A stretch of DNA of 64,000 bases from Zancudomyces culisetae HAW-14-8. Lineage: Eukaryota > Fungi > Kickxellomycota. The position numbers and the translations under genes are program-made. The notes under the pieces were generated by a model that had not been told where the DNA came from, did not search any database, and worked only from the letters and a program-made list of their open reading frames with translations. Each line of letters starts with the position of its first letter. The stretch's first letter is position 1. Shown piece by piece: positions 50,356 through 61,905 of this stretch. The stretch lies in the NCBI GenBank assembly GCA_052426225.1, contig JBNJNM010000010.1:868001-932000 (forward strand), in the 5' to 3' direction.

Positions 50356-51214
50356 CGTTAGACACCATTATTATACACAATATTGATGGGATCAACAATT
50401 TAAAACACAGTTAATGTCATGATCCATTCATGACATTATTGCTATTTATACTAACATATTAAAATATCATTGTTAATTTATTTACATTAACTCCGCTTTA
50501 ATTCTGACTTCATAAATTATTAAATATGGCGTAAGAATTAATATTTATTTATAATTTGGTTGTACCCCAAAATATAAAATGTTAACTGTGGAGTTGACAA
50601 TTAATATTATTTAGTTTTTAAGTAAGTAAAAGTATAGTTTTTATAATGTTTTACAATAAATTTGTATATTGGAAAACTATATAATGACAAGGATTATATT
50701 GCTTTAGGAAACATTAGCAATAAATTACTTTTCTACTCATAGATTTTATTTAATAAATCATAGCCAAATAAACTAATAGTACTTAGTGTCAAGTCGTGAC
50801 AGTTAATTTTTAAAAGTATTATTAAATATACTAGTTTAAAACACACAGTAATAATTTAATATTAGTTAATAATATCATTATTATTGTTAAACGAGATTGA
50901 CAAACTTAAATGTTCATGAAAGGGATTAGTATCACCTTTTATACAATTAAGTTTGTACTAAAACTTTTTAAACTAAAACTATTAATATAACTAATAATAA
51001 TAAACAAATAAACTAATATCATTATATACACAATATTATTGATGATTCATTTAATATTGATCATGTGTACAATATTACTGTATTTAACTAATTTTAAATA
51101 ATCTTATATAATATACATGTAATAAAAATATTATATACACATTATTACCATTAATATTTAATAATTAATATATTTAATATACAATACTGTTTTGATACAT
51201 GTGTATTCATAACA
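50356..51214. mobile_element. Solo LTR, family F, containing a nested family E solo LTR (50415-50801)
   Basis: Outer parts align to 34678-35160; the inner TGTCATGA...CGTGACA has perfect TSD GTTAA. Confidence 0.82.
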
Positions 51215-51268
51215 TATAGATAACTTGTAACTTATATATAATTAATTAACCTTAATCTACGAGAGTAA

Positions 51269-52790
51269 ATGAGCTCAAACAAAAACCGCAATACTACTTC
51301 ATTAATGATATAGAATCAATACAGTTTTAAGAATAATCCTACACGCAAACTGAGCAAAGGGGCAGCTACCAAGTTGCAAGGGGAGGAAGAGCGGTGCTCT
51401 ACCAACAATACTCCGTCCTATACTGGGTCGATGAGAGACCCAATGTAGGTAAATGATTGTATGATGAACTAGAGATGAGCGAAAATTCGCCATCCGAATC
51501 AGAAGCATTAATGCAAACTATGATGAGCAATGGGGGAGATCTCTGATACCCTAAAAGACTTTGAAGTATCATTCAACCAAGACAGAGAAAGAGTGTCTTG
51601 TTTTTCTGGTTCACAACACTGGAAGAAGCAGATGAGGCCAGAAAAATTGAGGAAACAATAACAGGAAAGGAGCTAAACCTGTATAACACTTTCCAACATT
51701 CAGAAAAGACAAAGGTGGTAACTACACCATCCTTTAAGAATGATGAGATACATGGTTTTGTGAAGAATTTATACGAAGAGCTAAGTCAGTATGGTGAAGA
51801 TGCAGATATAATGGCACTGAGGGTGCCGAGCAACAACCATTTCTTTGTCAATAGCTTAAAAGTATTAATTAAGATGCACTACTTAGCCATATTGCCCACC
51901 ACGTTAGTAGTAAAAGATGAGAAGGTCAATCTTATCTGGGATGGGGCCCCAGCTTCACGCACATACTGCAAGAAGGAAGGCCACTGGAAAAGTGAGTGCC
52001 CTGAACTGGCAAAACAAAGTAAAAGAAACAGACCAGACAATTACAGGGAGATGATGAACATCATCGAAAAAGGCAAAAACCAGATCGTACAAGAGCGACA
52101 AAAAGAAATGGAAATGAATAAGGAGTTAGGAATGCAGAATGAACTAGAAAACCAACACGAACAAAAAAGACAACAAGAACAGGAAAAAAACCAGAATCGG
52201 GAAAGGCACCAAAAAAAAGCTAAAAAAGAAGCAGAAATAAAAGGTGCAAGAGAAAATGAAAACTTTATTGAAGACAATGAGAACCGTATGGATGAAAGAT
52301 ACGATTCCGCAGAAAACATAGAAGATCCAAAACAAACAGAAAAAGCAAAACAAGATGATATTGTTTTAGAAAACTTGATAAACCAAACTTTGTTCGTAGT
52401 ACAAAAATAATATTTAATTTTCAATGCAACAACGACTAAAAATACAAAAGCAAAACAGACGAAATAAGAAAAACAAAAATCTTAAAAACAAACGAAAGAT
52501 AAATCGTACTACGATTTCCTAAGACTTGCAACAATGATTCAAAACAGAAAAGGATGCAGCAATAAGAACCGAAAATAATAAACTCAATTTGGAAGGGGAG
52601 GTGGCAAGCAAAGTACAAAACAAGTACAGAGCGACTACAAGTTCAGGAATACAAATGAATAGGAACAGAACCTAAGCCAAAATCAACTATATGCACCGCA
52701 CGCTCAGGCGGAAGAAATTAGAACCGGAATACCCCCGGAACAATACAACAGTTTCATAGGCATACTTGACATCCATGTTGATCTAATGAA
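51269..52790 (+). pseudogene. Non-LTR retrotransposon (LINE) ORF1-like remnant
   Basis: ORF 51598-52410 has LIWDGAPAS(R)TYCKKEGHWKSECP, a knuckle with its first Cys lost, followed by a Q/E/K-rich coil; no ORF2 follows. Confidence 0.65.
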
Positions 52791-54399
52791 GACTTACCCT
52801 TCTACAACTGTAATAAACACAATGGATATATAAATTATTTAAATTGTTCAACTTGATTAATACAAACCTAAACATATCGACATCAATATTTTTAAAACAA
52901 AAATAATAATACCACTATACAGCTAGTACTAAACAAACTAGTGTTATATTAACTCACTGAAAAAACATTTTTTTACACAATTTTTACAAAGTAAATATCA
53001 TTCAATTTAGCAAGCACTAATATTATCATTACAATAAAATTATATTATCATAAAGGTCGAATTCGGTTAGATTTTAGAATGACTTTGCATTCGCATTTTT
53101 ATCTTAATATATTATGAGTTTACTTTTAATGTGTTACGTTTTGTTTTATTTTTGTAAAATATAGATTAATAAAAAAAAATTAATTATTTGAAAAGATTAA
53201 ATTTAAAGAAGATTACGTGTGTATGTCTATTTAAACTATGCTGCATATGATTTCAAATATAAAGTGTTCAATAATACTAAATTGATAATTTGATATTGCG
53301 AATAACAAGTTTATCAATTTTTACAATATTAAGTATTAACTTTATATATAGTGGCAGTATCCATCCTAGACCCTATAAGATTAACAAAAATTTATTTTTT
53401 TTTACTATATATATGATATGCTAGTTAATATAATTAAAAAATATGAATGTCAAGGTTTATTATTAGTTTTTTTATCATTATAAATGTTCTAGTATAGTTT
53501 TTTATCTTCGTATATTATATAGATAATATCTAACAAAATATTGAGTTTATTAATATACGTTTATTTATTAGAATTTAATTTAGCAGTAATAATTATAAAT
53601 ACCAGTACTATTTATTAGTATGAAATATTATCAATCCATTAAGTTTGGATCAATTTACAAATAGTCTAAACAATAATACGTAAAATTTTACATTAATAGT
53701 TAAGTAAATTAGTTTTCATATTAAATATTAAAGAATAGTTAAAAAGAACATTATTACTAACAACTTAATCTAAGTGATTGTCTTTGAAAAATTTTTGATT
53801 TTTGGGATTCTTTATTTTAAATAAATTTTAAAAGAATATAGTCTTAAAATTTTTCCATACTTTTTAAAAGTCATTGTTATGGTTATATCATATGATACCT
53901 TTGTCTCCACAGGACAACGTTTCATATAATTTATCAATTATAACCATAACATTTACCAACCTCCACAAAATTAAATAAATGTTTTAGGTATGTTTTAGTT
54001 ATGTTTTAAATTTAGTTTATTTTAAATATTATCGACCCATCATGAAAAGAATATATGCTATGAAGTTATTCTGATGGAACGAAAAGTTATACATAGGTTT
54101 AGATTCGATTAGTTTATTCACTTATAGTCCAGTTAATTAATAAAATAATTTATCTAAGTTCAGACCTTGACATAAATATCAACACTATAAACGGGTTCGG
54201 TATGCTAGTGTTGGTTATAAATACCATTTGCTGACAAATAAAGTGTTTATTTTTAAATCTTAATGATGATATTATTATGAGTTATAATTATATATATTAA
54301 AACTTTTATCGCTACCTATAACATATCAACAAATTTTATTGATGTTTTAATTCCTTAAATTAGGGGCAAATATAGTAGAGGTATAATTAAATGAATATG

Positions 54400-55265
54400 A
54401 TAGAATTGAATTGTTAATTTGGAATGCAAGACAAATACTAGTATGAATATTATACTTTGTCGTGATACTGTGATAAATTCCAACTATATTCAATTTCTTT
54501 TGAATATGTAATTATTTAAAAGAAATGTTTCAATTTTAAATAAATGTAATGAATTTTATTTAACCATTTAACAATCAAAAATATGAAGATTATTTCTGAT
54601 CATAAAATGAAGGGATTAGTCAGATCATAAATCCAAGAGAAAAATTACAAAATGAAATAAGGACATAAAAAGAATTTATTATTATTAGTATATTTAATTA
54701 AATTAAAGAGTATTAATCGACTATGGAAAATGCGTCAAACTATGAGGACGACCACAAAGCATAATATGAAGAGATAGCGGATATATTAAATATTAATAGG
54801 ATAAGATTAGTAATAGTTTTAAAATTAGCAATTAACATATATAAAAGCCAAAATGATCTCATTAGGAGTCTCTTTAGCTCTTTTAGTAGTTTAAAACATA
54901 TTCATAACAGTAAGAAATAAAGACATTGAACAAGAAGGATTCTGTTTAATACAAGTTTATTGAAAATTAATATAATCATATAATAGTGCTACGGCTAAAA
55001 GTTTAAAATAGTAAAAGATAAAAGTTTAAAATTACTAAAATCTCATGTCAGGTCTTATGGGTCATCTGCGCGCTGCCATCATCCAGAGATTCAAGGATGA
55101 GGGGCGGTACTCCTCGGATAGTGATCGTTCCGAAGCTACTTCTATGGAAATAGAACCGGAAGCGTCACGTGATCCATTCTCTATTCTTGAAGGAGTGGTT
55201 CAAAGAGAGATGGATTCCATGAGAAACCCGACTAAGGAGCGTGGCCAGTCCAGCCACGTCCGACA
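54400..55265 (+). repeat. Diverged repeat with LTR-like GACA end and decayed unknown ORF (copy 2; left boundary uncertain)
   Basis: Homologous to 1-906; the ORF 55045-55278 is its least decayed part. Confidence 0.65.
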
Positions 55266-55603
55266 ACATACTTATTAACATATGATTACAATTGAATTTT
55301 TATATTCTATAGTTATATTTCTACTACATATATATACATTAGTTTTAAATTTTTATGAATAATAAGAATAGTAATATGATTTAAACAATTTAATGACAAA
55401 TTTATTCAATAATCGCTCATTACCTCACAACTACATGTTATTATTTCAAAATATTCTATTAAAGATTAATGAATTAATTTCATAGCTATTCATGACATAA
55501 TCGATTGGCAATTCTATATCAATATTATACACTATATATTGTCATTAACAAATAATTTTTATATATTAGTATTATTTTTAATCGAAATTGTCAAATTACT
55601 GTT

Positions 55604-56398
55604 TGTTATAAACAACGAGCTGCTTATGACTCTGGACTGTGGATTAGTTATGCTTGATTATTATTCTTTATTATTATGCTTGATTATTATTTTATTAGAA
55701 GTAAGTATTTAGAAAAATATGATATTAGATGTGTATTAAATATATATTTTTCTCTGACGTATCCCAAAGGAATTTCGAAGGGTTGATATAATTTTTCATC
55801 AGAGAATTTTACTATGAATTAAAACTTGAAGACAATAGAGTTTAGCTATAAAACTTGTCAATGTAAAATTGAACCAGTTTAAGATATCTACTTATCGTAA
55901 ACTTTTGATTTTCATTTGTATATTTTAACATAGATATGGTTTATCAATTTTTACATTGATTTAGTTTATGAATTTTAACAATGATTTTGTTTATTGATTT
56001 TATCATTGATTTAGTATATCAATTTTAACAATGATTTTGTTTATCGATTTTATCATTGTTTTGTTCATTGATTATATCATGGTTTTTGTTTATCGATTTT
56101 AACATTGATTTTATTTAACAATTTTGGCATTGATTTTGTATATCCAATTTTATCATGGATTTGGTTTAACTAATTTTTACATGGATTTGGTTTATAAAAT
56201 GTTTTTACAAGGATAATTGTTAAAATTAATCATTGGTATATTTCTTGATTTTTCTTAGTAAATTTTCCCAAAAATAAAATCACAGAAATCATGGTAATTT
56301 TGCAAACTTGATTCCAATGTCGGAATGGCATATTACATAACCGGAAATGAAATAATAAATAGTTTAGATTTTTAGTAGGCCAAAATGTAACTAAAATA
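55604..56398 (-). mobile_element. Solo LTR, family B, 5'-truncated; a family F LTR fragment adjoins it (56400-56536)
   Basis: Reverse complement of about 8520-9269, including the 21-bp array. Confidence 0.85.
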
Positions 56399-56536
56399 TA
56401 TATTAAATTATTAAACTTATAATCAAATATTTTCAAATATATAAACTTTTAAATAAATGAGTTTCATATATAATTATAAATATAAATATCTATTGAAATA
56501 TATCATTACTGAGATATTACATGTGTATTCTTAACA

Positions 56537-57400
56537 GTATGTCGCACCTAGCTTTGTAGTTCTAGTAGATCCTAATGCTCGAGCTTTTGGTAACTTTGCG
56601 CTTTCTGGCAACTGCAAGAGTGACATCAATGAATTAATATGTTTACTGATTCGTTGTGCCCCAATGTGTTTGTCGTTATACTTTAAGTTGCAGATGAGGT
56701 AGTGCAATTGTACTTCATCGAGGATCGGATGGTTTGCAACACTCGGAAAAGTTGCAATGCGTTTTTTATATTCTCTGTATGTTACTACAGGACATAATAT
56801 ATAGTCGCTATGTGTGTGGATTATACTGACCTTTTCAATCGGATTTCCACTTCGCTTTTCTTTTGGTCCAACAATAACAAATTTAACATAATCTTTATTG
56901 ATTTCTGTCTTTGATTCGTCGATTCGTTCAATGTCAGAAGGTCTCAAAAATCCACAAATTGCTAGCAACCAACAAAATTTAATTGTTAAATTTTGCTTGC
57001 TCATTTTAAAATTTGAACCAAAATTTTTAATTTGTTCGATAATCGGATTAATATCATAGTTAGGGTTGTTAAACGATCGTACTGATGTTAAATCAAGCTG
57101 TATTAAATAATCAATCATCAAAATATCGCTGCTAAATGTTCGCCATTCTGCATTAATATCGATGATAGCAGACTTGTAGTTTTTTATAGTACCAACTTTT
57201 AAATTGTTACTAATACGATGTTCATCAAGGAAATTGATAACATCAACAACTGAAACGTTATTAATATCAAGTTTTGCAGACTCTAACCACTTAATAAACT
57301 TTACCTTGATGTTGTAATATTGTTATATTTTTGCCATATTTCGTTTACCAGTTGTCATTAACGTGATAACTGAATCTTTTAAACCCGTTTTTTCAAGGCG
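56537..57400 (-). pseudogene. DIRS tyrosine recombinase; one in-frame stop, C-terminus lost
   Basis: ORF 57121-56531 is in frame with ORF 59959-57323 across one TAA; it is cut at ARALGST...GATY by an LTR, before the catalytic Tyr region. Confidence 0.88.
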
Positions 57401-59250
57401 TGCGCGCTTAATTTCCAGGCCGTAAGCGACCATGTTTTGTTTATCTGTGTCACTTGCTTTCCGCTTTTTGGATCCGGAATTATCTGTGGAGCTAATATCT
57501 TGATCGGTGGAGCTATTAGCATGCTCTTGAGGTCTGGATACCATGGTGCTGACCTCCAAAACGGTGTTATCAATGTCGCTGATACTTTGTCCTGTCTGAT
57601 CTTCTGTAGTGTTTTCTGTATCAGATTCCATGGTGGACAAAGGTATGGATTCGTCCAAATGCTCCAATGATGATTGAATGCATTCGTTTTTGCTGCTTCT
57701 GGTGTCCATTTCCAACTCACAAATGTTGGTAGTTTGTGGTTGTTGTTGTTGGCAAACATGTCCACATCGTGTGGACCAAACTGTTTCTGTATCTTCTGAA
57801 ACATCTTGTCTGATAGTGACCACTCTGTTTGAGCTGTTAAACGTGATGGTGCATCCGCTGGATTCAGTATTGATGGCACATACTGAATCTGAACCCGAGT
57901 GCCACTGCTGATGCAATGTTTCCAAATTGCTTCCGAAATGTCCATCAGATTCACTGATTTGGTTCCCCCATGCTTCTTGATGTAGCTGATTGATGTGTTG
58001 TTGTCGCAATATACAACGACACTCTTTCCCTGAACCTGCGGCAGCTTCACTGCATACTGGATTGCTAATAATTCCTTCGCATTGATAGGGAGCTTCATCT
58101 GTTGTCGTGTCCATGTCCCCGTATACTGTTTGCTGTCTATCACTATCCCCCAGTGATTGTCGCTCGCATCTGTATATACTTCTATCTCTGGGGTCTTCGG
58201 GAGCAAGCATAGACCATTCCATTGCTTCAGATGGTCCCTCCACCACGTCAGATTGTCCAGTGCGGGCTGATTCAATGTTACCGGTGATCTCCAATCCGTG
58301 GTGCGTTTCAGAGTGTTGTTTTTGAGCTCTAACAACCTCCTGCTCATCAGTCGTCCCGGTCTGAGTGCTATATTCACTGCCTGCGTTTTGCCAATGAATG
58401 ATGCCAGATCCTTCAGTGTTGTACAACCTTTGTGTATCAACCTGGATGCCTCTCTCGCTAAATCTTTGAGTTTCTGTTTGGGTATCTTGAAACTCATCTG
58501 ACGGCTGTTGATGTCCATCCCAAGATGCGTAATACATTGTTTGGGATGTATTGATGATTTTTCCTGGTTGATCAGGAATCCCAGTTTCACCAGTTTCTTG
58601 GATACCATGTTTGTGTACTTGGTACACTCGTTTCTGGTTGATCCCAAGACCAGCAAATCGTCCAAGTAGCTCGACATTCGTATCCCGCGAGCTCTGGCCC
58701 ATTTCAGTACTGGTTTTAGTATTTTTGTGAATACTAGTGGGCTTAAAGATAGACCAAATGGGAGCACTCTGTACTGGTAGGTGCGACCGCCCCAAGTAAA
58801 CCTGAGATACTTTCTGGACGTTTTGTTGATCAATACGTGTAGAAATGCATCGCTGAGGTCTATGCTGGTCATATAATCCCCTTTGCGGATCATTCTGGAG
58901 ATAGTTGTGAGCGACTCCATCTTGAAATGTCGCTGTGGGATGTACTGATTTAAAGGTCTTAAATTCAATACCATCCGCGTGCCTCCGTTCTTCTTTGGGA
59001 TTGTAAACGGATTTGAGTAGAACCCTGGCTGCACGGATGAAGCTTCCTCTATTGCTTTCTTTGACAGGAGGTTTGCTATCACCTGTTCCACCACTTTTTC
59101 TGGAAGCTTTTTCAAGTTGTAACCGAACGGTTTTATCTGCTTGACCGTCGGTGGATGCGTTATGAAGGGGATTCTGAACCCTTCTGAGATCACTTGGAGT
59201 ATCCATTTGTGATCTGTGAGGCGCATCCAAGCCTCCTGGAACATCCTCAA
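57379..59250 (-). CDS. DIRS pol: RT, RNase H and N6-adenine-methyltransferase-like domain, 623 aa
   Basis: LPFGL, YLDD, YTDAS, INAKEL, CDN, NPADAPSR; C-terminal DVDMFA and YLCPPW motifs. Confidence 0.92.
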   Translation of the reverse strand: MRMFQEAWMRLTDHKWILQVISEGFRIPFITHPPTVKQIKPFGYNLKKLPEKVVEQVIANLLSKKAIEEASSVQPGFYSNPFTIPKKNGGTRMVLNLRPLNQYIPQRHFKMESLTTISRMIRKGDYMTSIDLSDAFLHVLINKTSRKYLRFTWGGRTYQYRVLPFGLSLSPLVFTKILKPVLKWARARGIRMSSYLDDLLVLGSTRNECTKYTNMVSKKLVKLGFLINQEKSSIHPKQCITHLGMDINSRQMSFKIPKQKLKDLAREASRLIHKGCTTLKDLASFIGKTQAVNIALRPGRLMSRRLLELKNNTLKRTTDWRSPVTLNQPALDNLTWWRDHLKQWNGLCLLPKTPEIEVYTDASDNHWGIVIDSKQYTGTWTRQQMKLPINAKELLAIQYAVKLPQVQGKSVVVYCDNNTSISYIKKHGGTKSVNLMDISEAIWKHCISSGTRVQIQYVPSILNPADAPSRLTAQTEWSLSDKMFQKIQKQFGPHDVDMFANNNNHKLPTFVSWKWTPEAAKTNAFNHHWSIWTNPYLCPPWNLIQKTLQKIRQDKVSATLITPFWRSAPWYPDLKSMLIAPPIKILAPQIIPDPKSGKQVTQINKTWSLTAWKLSAHALKKRV

Positions 59251-60299
59251 TCTCCCTCCTACTTTCGGTGTTTGCTGCTGTTTGCAAACCGAAAATTACC
59301 GCCAGTAGCAGCTGATTTGTGTTGTCGTTGTTGCTGGATCTGATGCGGCTCTGCTTGAACATTCTGTTTAACTGATGGCTGAAACGGAATGCTTGGGAAG
59401 GTCCTGGTTGCGTTGAATCTTGGTCTTCTCTGCTGCACATTTTTTGTTGCACGCTGCAATGTATTTGCAGCTGCTTTAACTTCGAGCATCTGCTGTATGT
59501 CCACGAGAGGCTTTCTTGATGTTGAAACCATTTCTGGAGGATCTGATGGTACTCCTGGGGCTTTGTAGAACAGTTTGATTCTTTGCTGCGTGATATTGGA
59601 TGCAACATCCGCAAGTAAAACTCTGATTGAGTTGATAAAAACTGCAAGTTTTTCGGCACTGACTGCTCCTCCGTCACGGATTGCTTCGTGCATGAAGTAA
59701 TCCAAAGGTCTTGTAACGGCTGATAAACGGTACTGGATGTCATATAACATCGCATCAGTACGTTTATTGTCACCTGATAACTTGATGTTTTCCTCTGGTG
59801 GTTCATAATCCATGCCAGAGTTTCTTGGGATGGCTGCGAAAACTTCTTGCGTTCGATATCTGCCAGTGGTGTCCAAAAGAAATCCTGTATAACTGTTGTT
59901 AGCGCCTTTTGCAGTTTTGGATACATGACCAGGTCTGATGGTGTTGGCCTGGGAACCACGAAGTTTTCATCTTAATCATCGTCGACTGCATCAACGATTG
60001 ATATAGCAGTGACATTTGCTGAATCACTGATTTCTGATACTGAAATGTGCACAATGTATTTGAACGGCGTAATATGTTTAAGTATTATGACATTATTTTA
60101 AATTTGTTCTTACTTTAAAATCTATAATTAAAATATCATTAATATCAAGTTATTAATATTATATCATTTATAATTTTATGTTACTTTGACTTCAATACAA
60201 AATATTATAAATATATAATGTTTGAAAATAATCTAAAATAATTTACGATGTTTATAAATTAAAATGATTACGTAATACTATGAGTATCTGAAAACATTA

Positions 60300-61905
60300 C
60301 AGGACTCAAAAAATTGTTCAAATGATTTTGATGTTCATTCAAAAATTAGTTTATCTCACGAATAATATATCATATCACTATAAAAATTACAATTATTATA
60401 CATTAATATACCACTTTTACCTATCAAAAATTTAGAATACTTGAACAAGCCAATCAACTGTAGTTATACTTTTTGTAAAAATATATAATTTATAAATTTT
60501 TTTGCTATAATAAAAAATATATAAACGTAATTAAACTAGTAATTAGTATATCCACCCCTAGCTTTCAATACAGCATTAATTATTGATGGCATGCTACTGA
60601 TTAGCGACATACACTCGTCACGTGATATATTATTCCACTCGTCTTGTACGCGGTCCCAAAGTTCGTTTATCCCTTTTGGTGCATTTTTGTGATTTAACAG
60701 CCGTCTTTTCAAATTGACCCATAGATGTTCAATTGGTTTTAGGTCAGGTGACTGCGCTGGCCATTCAAGCATCTGAATTGAGTTAGTTTGCAACCATTCT
60801 TTAGTAATTTTCGCGGTGTGTTTTGGATCGTTATCATGCTGAAAAATCGTACTTTCCCTGTCTAAGTCGTACCACTCCATTGATTTTACCAGATCGTCTT
60901 CAAAAATATCACAGTACAGTTGTGCATTAAGTCCGCAATCAATTTTAGTAAGATATCCTGGGCCTTTTGAAGTCATGCATCCCCATATCATGATTGAACC
61001 TCCATCATGTTTTATATTTTTTTTAACATGGTTCGGTTTTAACTGGCTCCCTTGTTCTATCCAGCAACACATGCGCCCATCTGACCCAAATCTGTTAATT
61101 TTAGTCTTGTCAGACCATATCACACGTTTCCAGTCTTCTACAGTCTAATGCTGTTATTTTTTAGCAAATGCAAGTCGTTGTTTAATATGGCCTAATTTTA
61201 GCATAGGTTTTTTGACCTTAGGTTTTGCACTTAAACCATATTTATTCAAGCTATTTCGCACATTTTGAGGAACCACAGATACGAGACTATTATCCTTGAG
61301 AAATTTTGTTGTTTCAGTCTCTGTATCAAATTGTCCAGACGTAATTTTCCGAAATATTTATCGCTCATTTGCTTTTGTCAATTTATTTGGGCTGCCAGGT
61401 GAAATATTTTTTATTGACGGACGATACTTTTTTTATATGTTAGCATCTTGTCCCAATACTATAGATAGTTTAGATGCAATTTGGCTATATGCATATCCAT
61501 TATCCAGCAGATTTATATCACTCCAAACTTTTTCATTATTTAGTTTTTTCATCGTATTTAAATTAATCTAAAATTTATATTTTTTAATATATTGTATTGT
61601 GTATATAATTGTAAGTTATATCTAGTAACATATTATTTTTTTAAATGATATCTAACATTATATAATAGATATCATCAAAATTGAAATTTTAATTATAACC
61701 AAAAAATTGTTAAATACAATATTATTACAATAAGTATGACTACAGTTGATTGGCTGGTTCAAGTATTCTAAAATTTTGATAGGTAATTCATGGTATATTA
61801 ATGTATAATAATTGTAATTTTTTTAGTGATACGATATAATATTCGTGAGGTATACTAATTTTTGAATGAACATCAAAAACATTTATTCAATTTTTTAAGT
61901 CACTG
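60300..61905 (-). mobile_element. Tc1/mariner DD34E transposon, family 2; transposase (61552-60536) disrupted
   Basis: TA|CAG...CACTG|TA with about 170-bp TIRs; WSD, QHDN, 34 residues, PIE. Confidence 0.93.

Larger units (their letters stand above)
56537..60000 (-). mobile_element. DIRS-like tyrosine-recombinase retrotransposon, truncated at both ends
   Basis: gag (frameshift near 59845, stop at 59259); RT/RNase H/methyltransferase ORF 59250-57379; overlapping ORF leading into YR (LRPSDI, KEKR, CPV). Confidence 0.93.
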
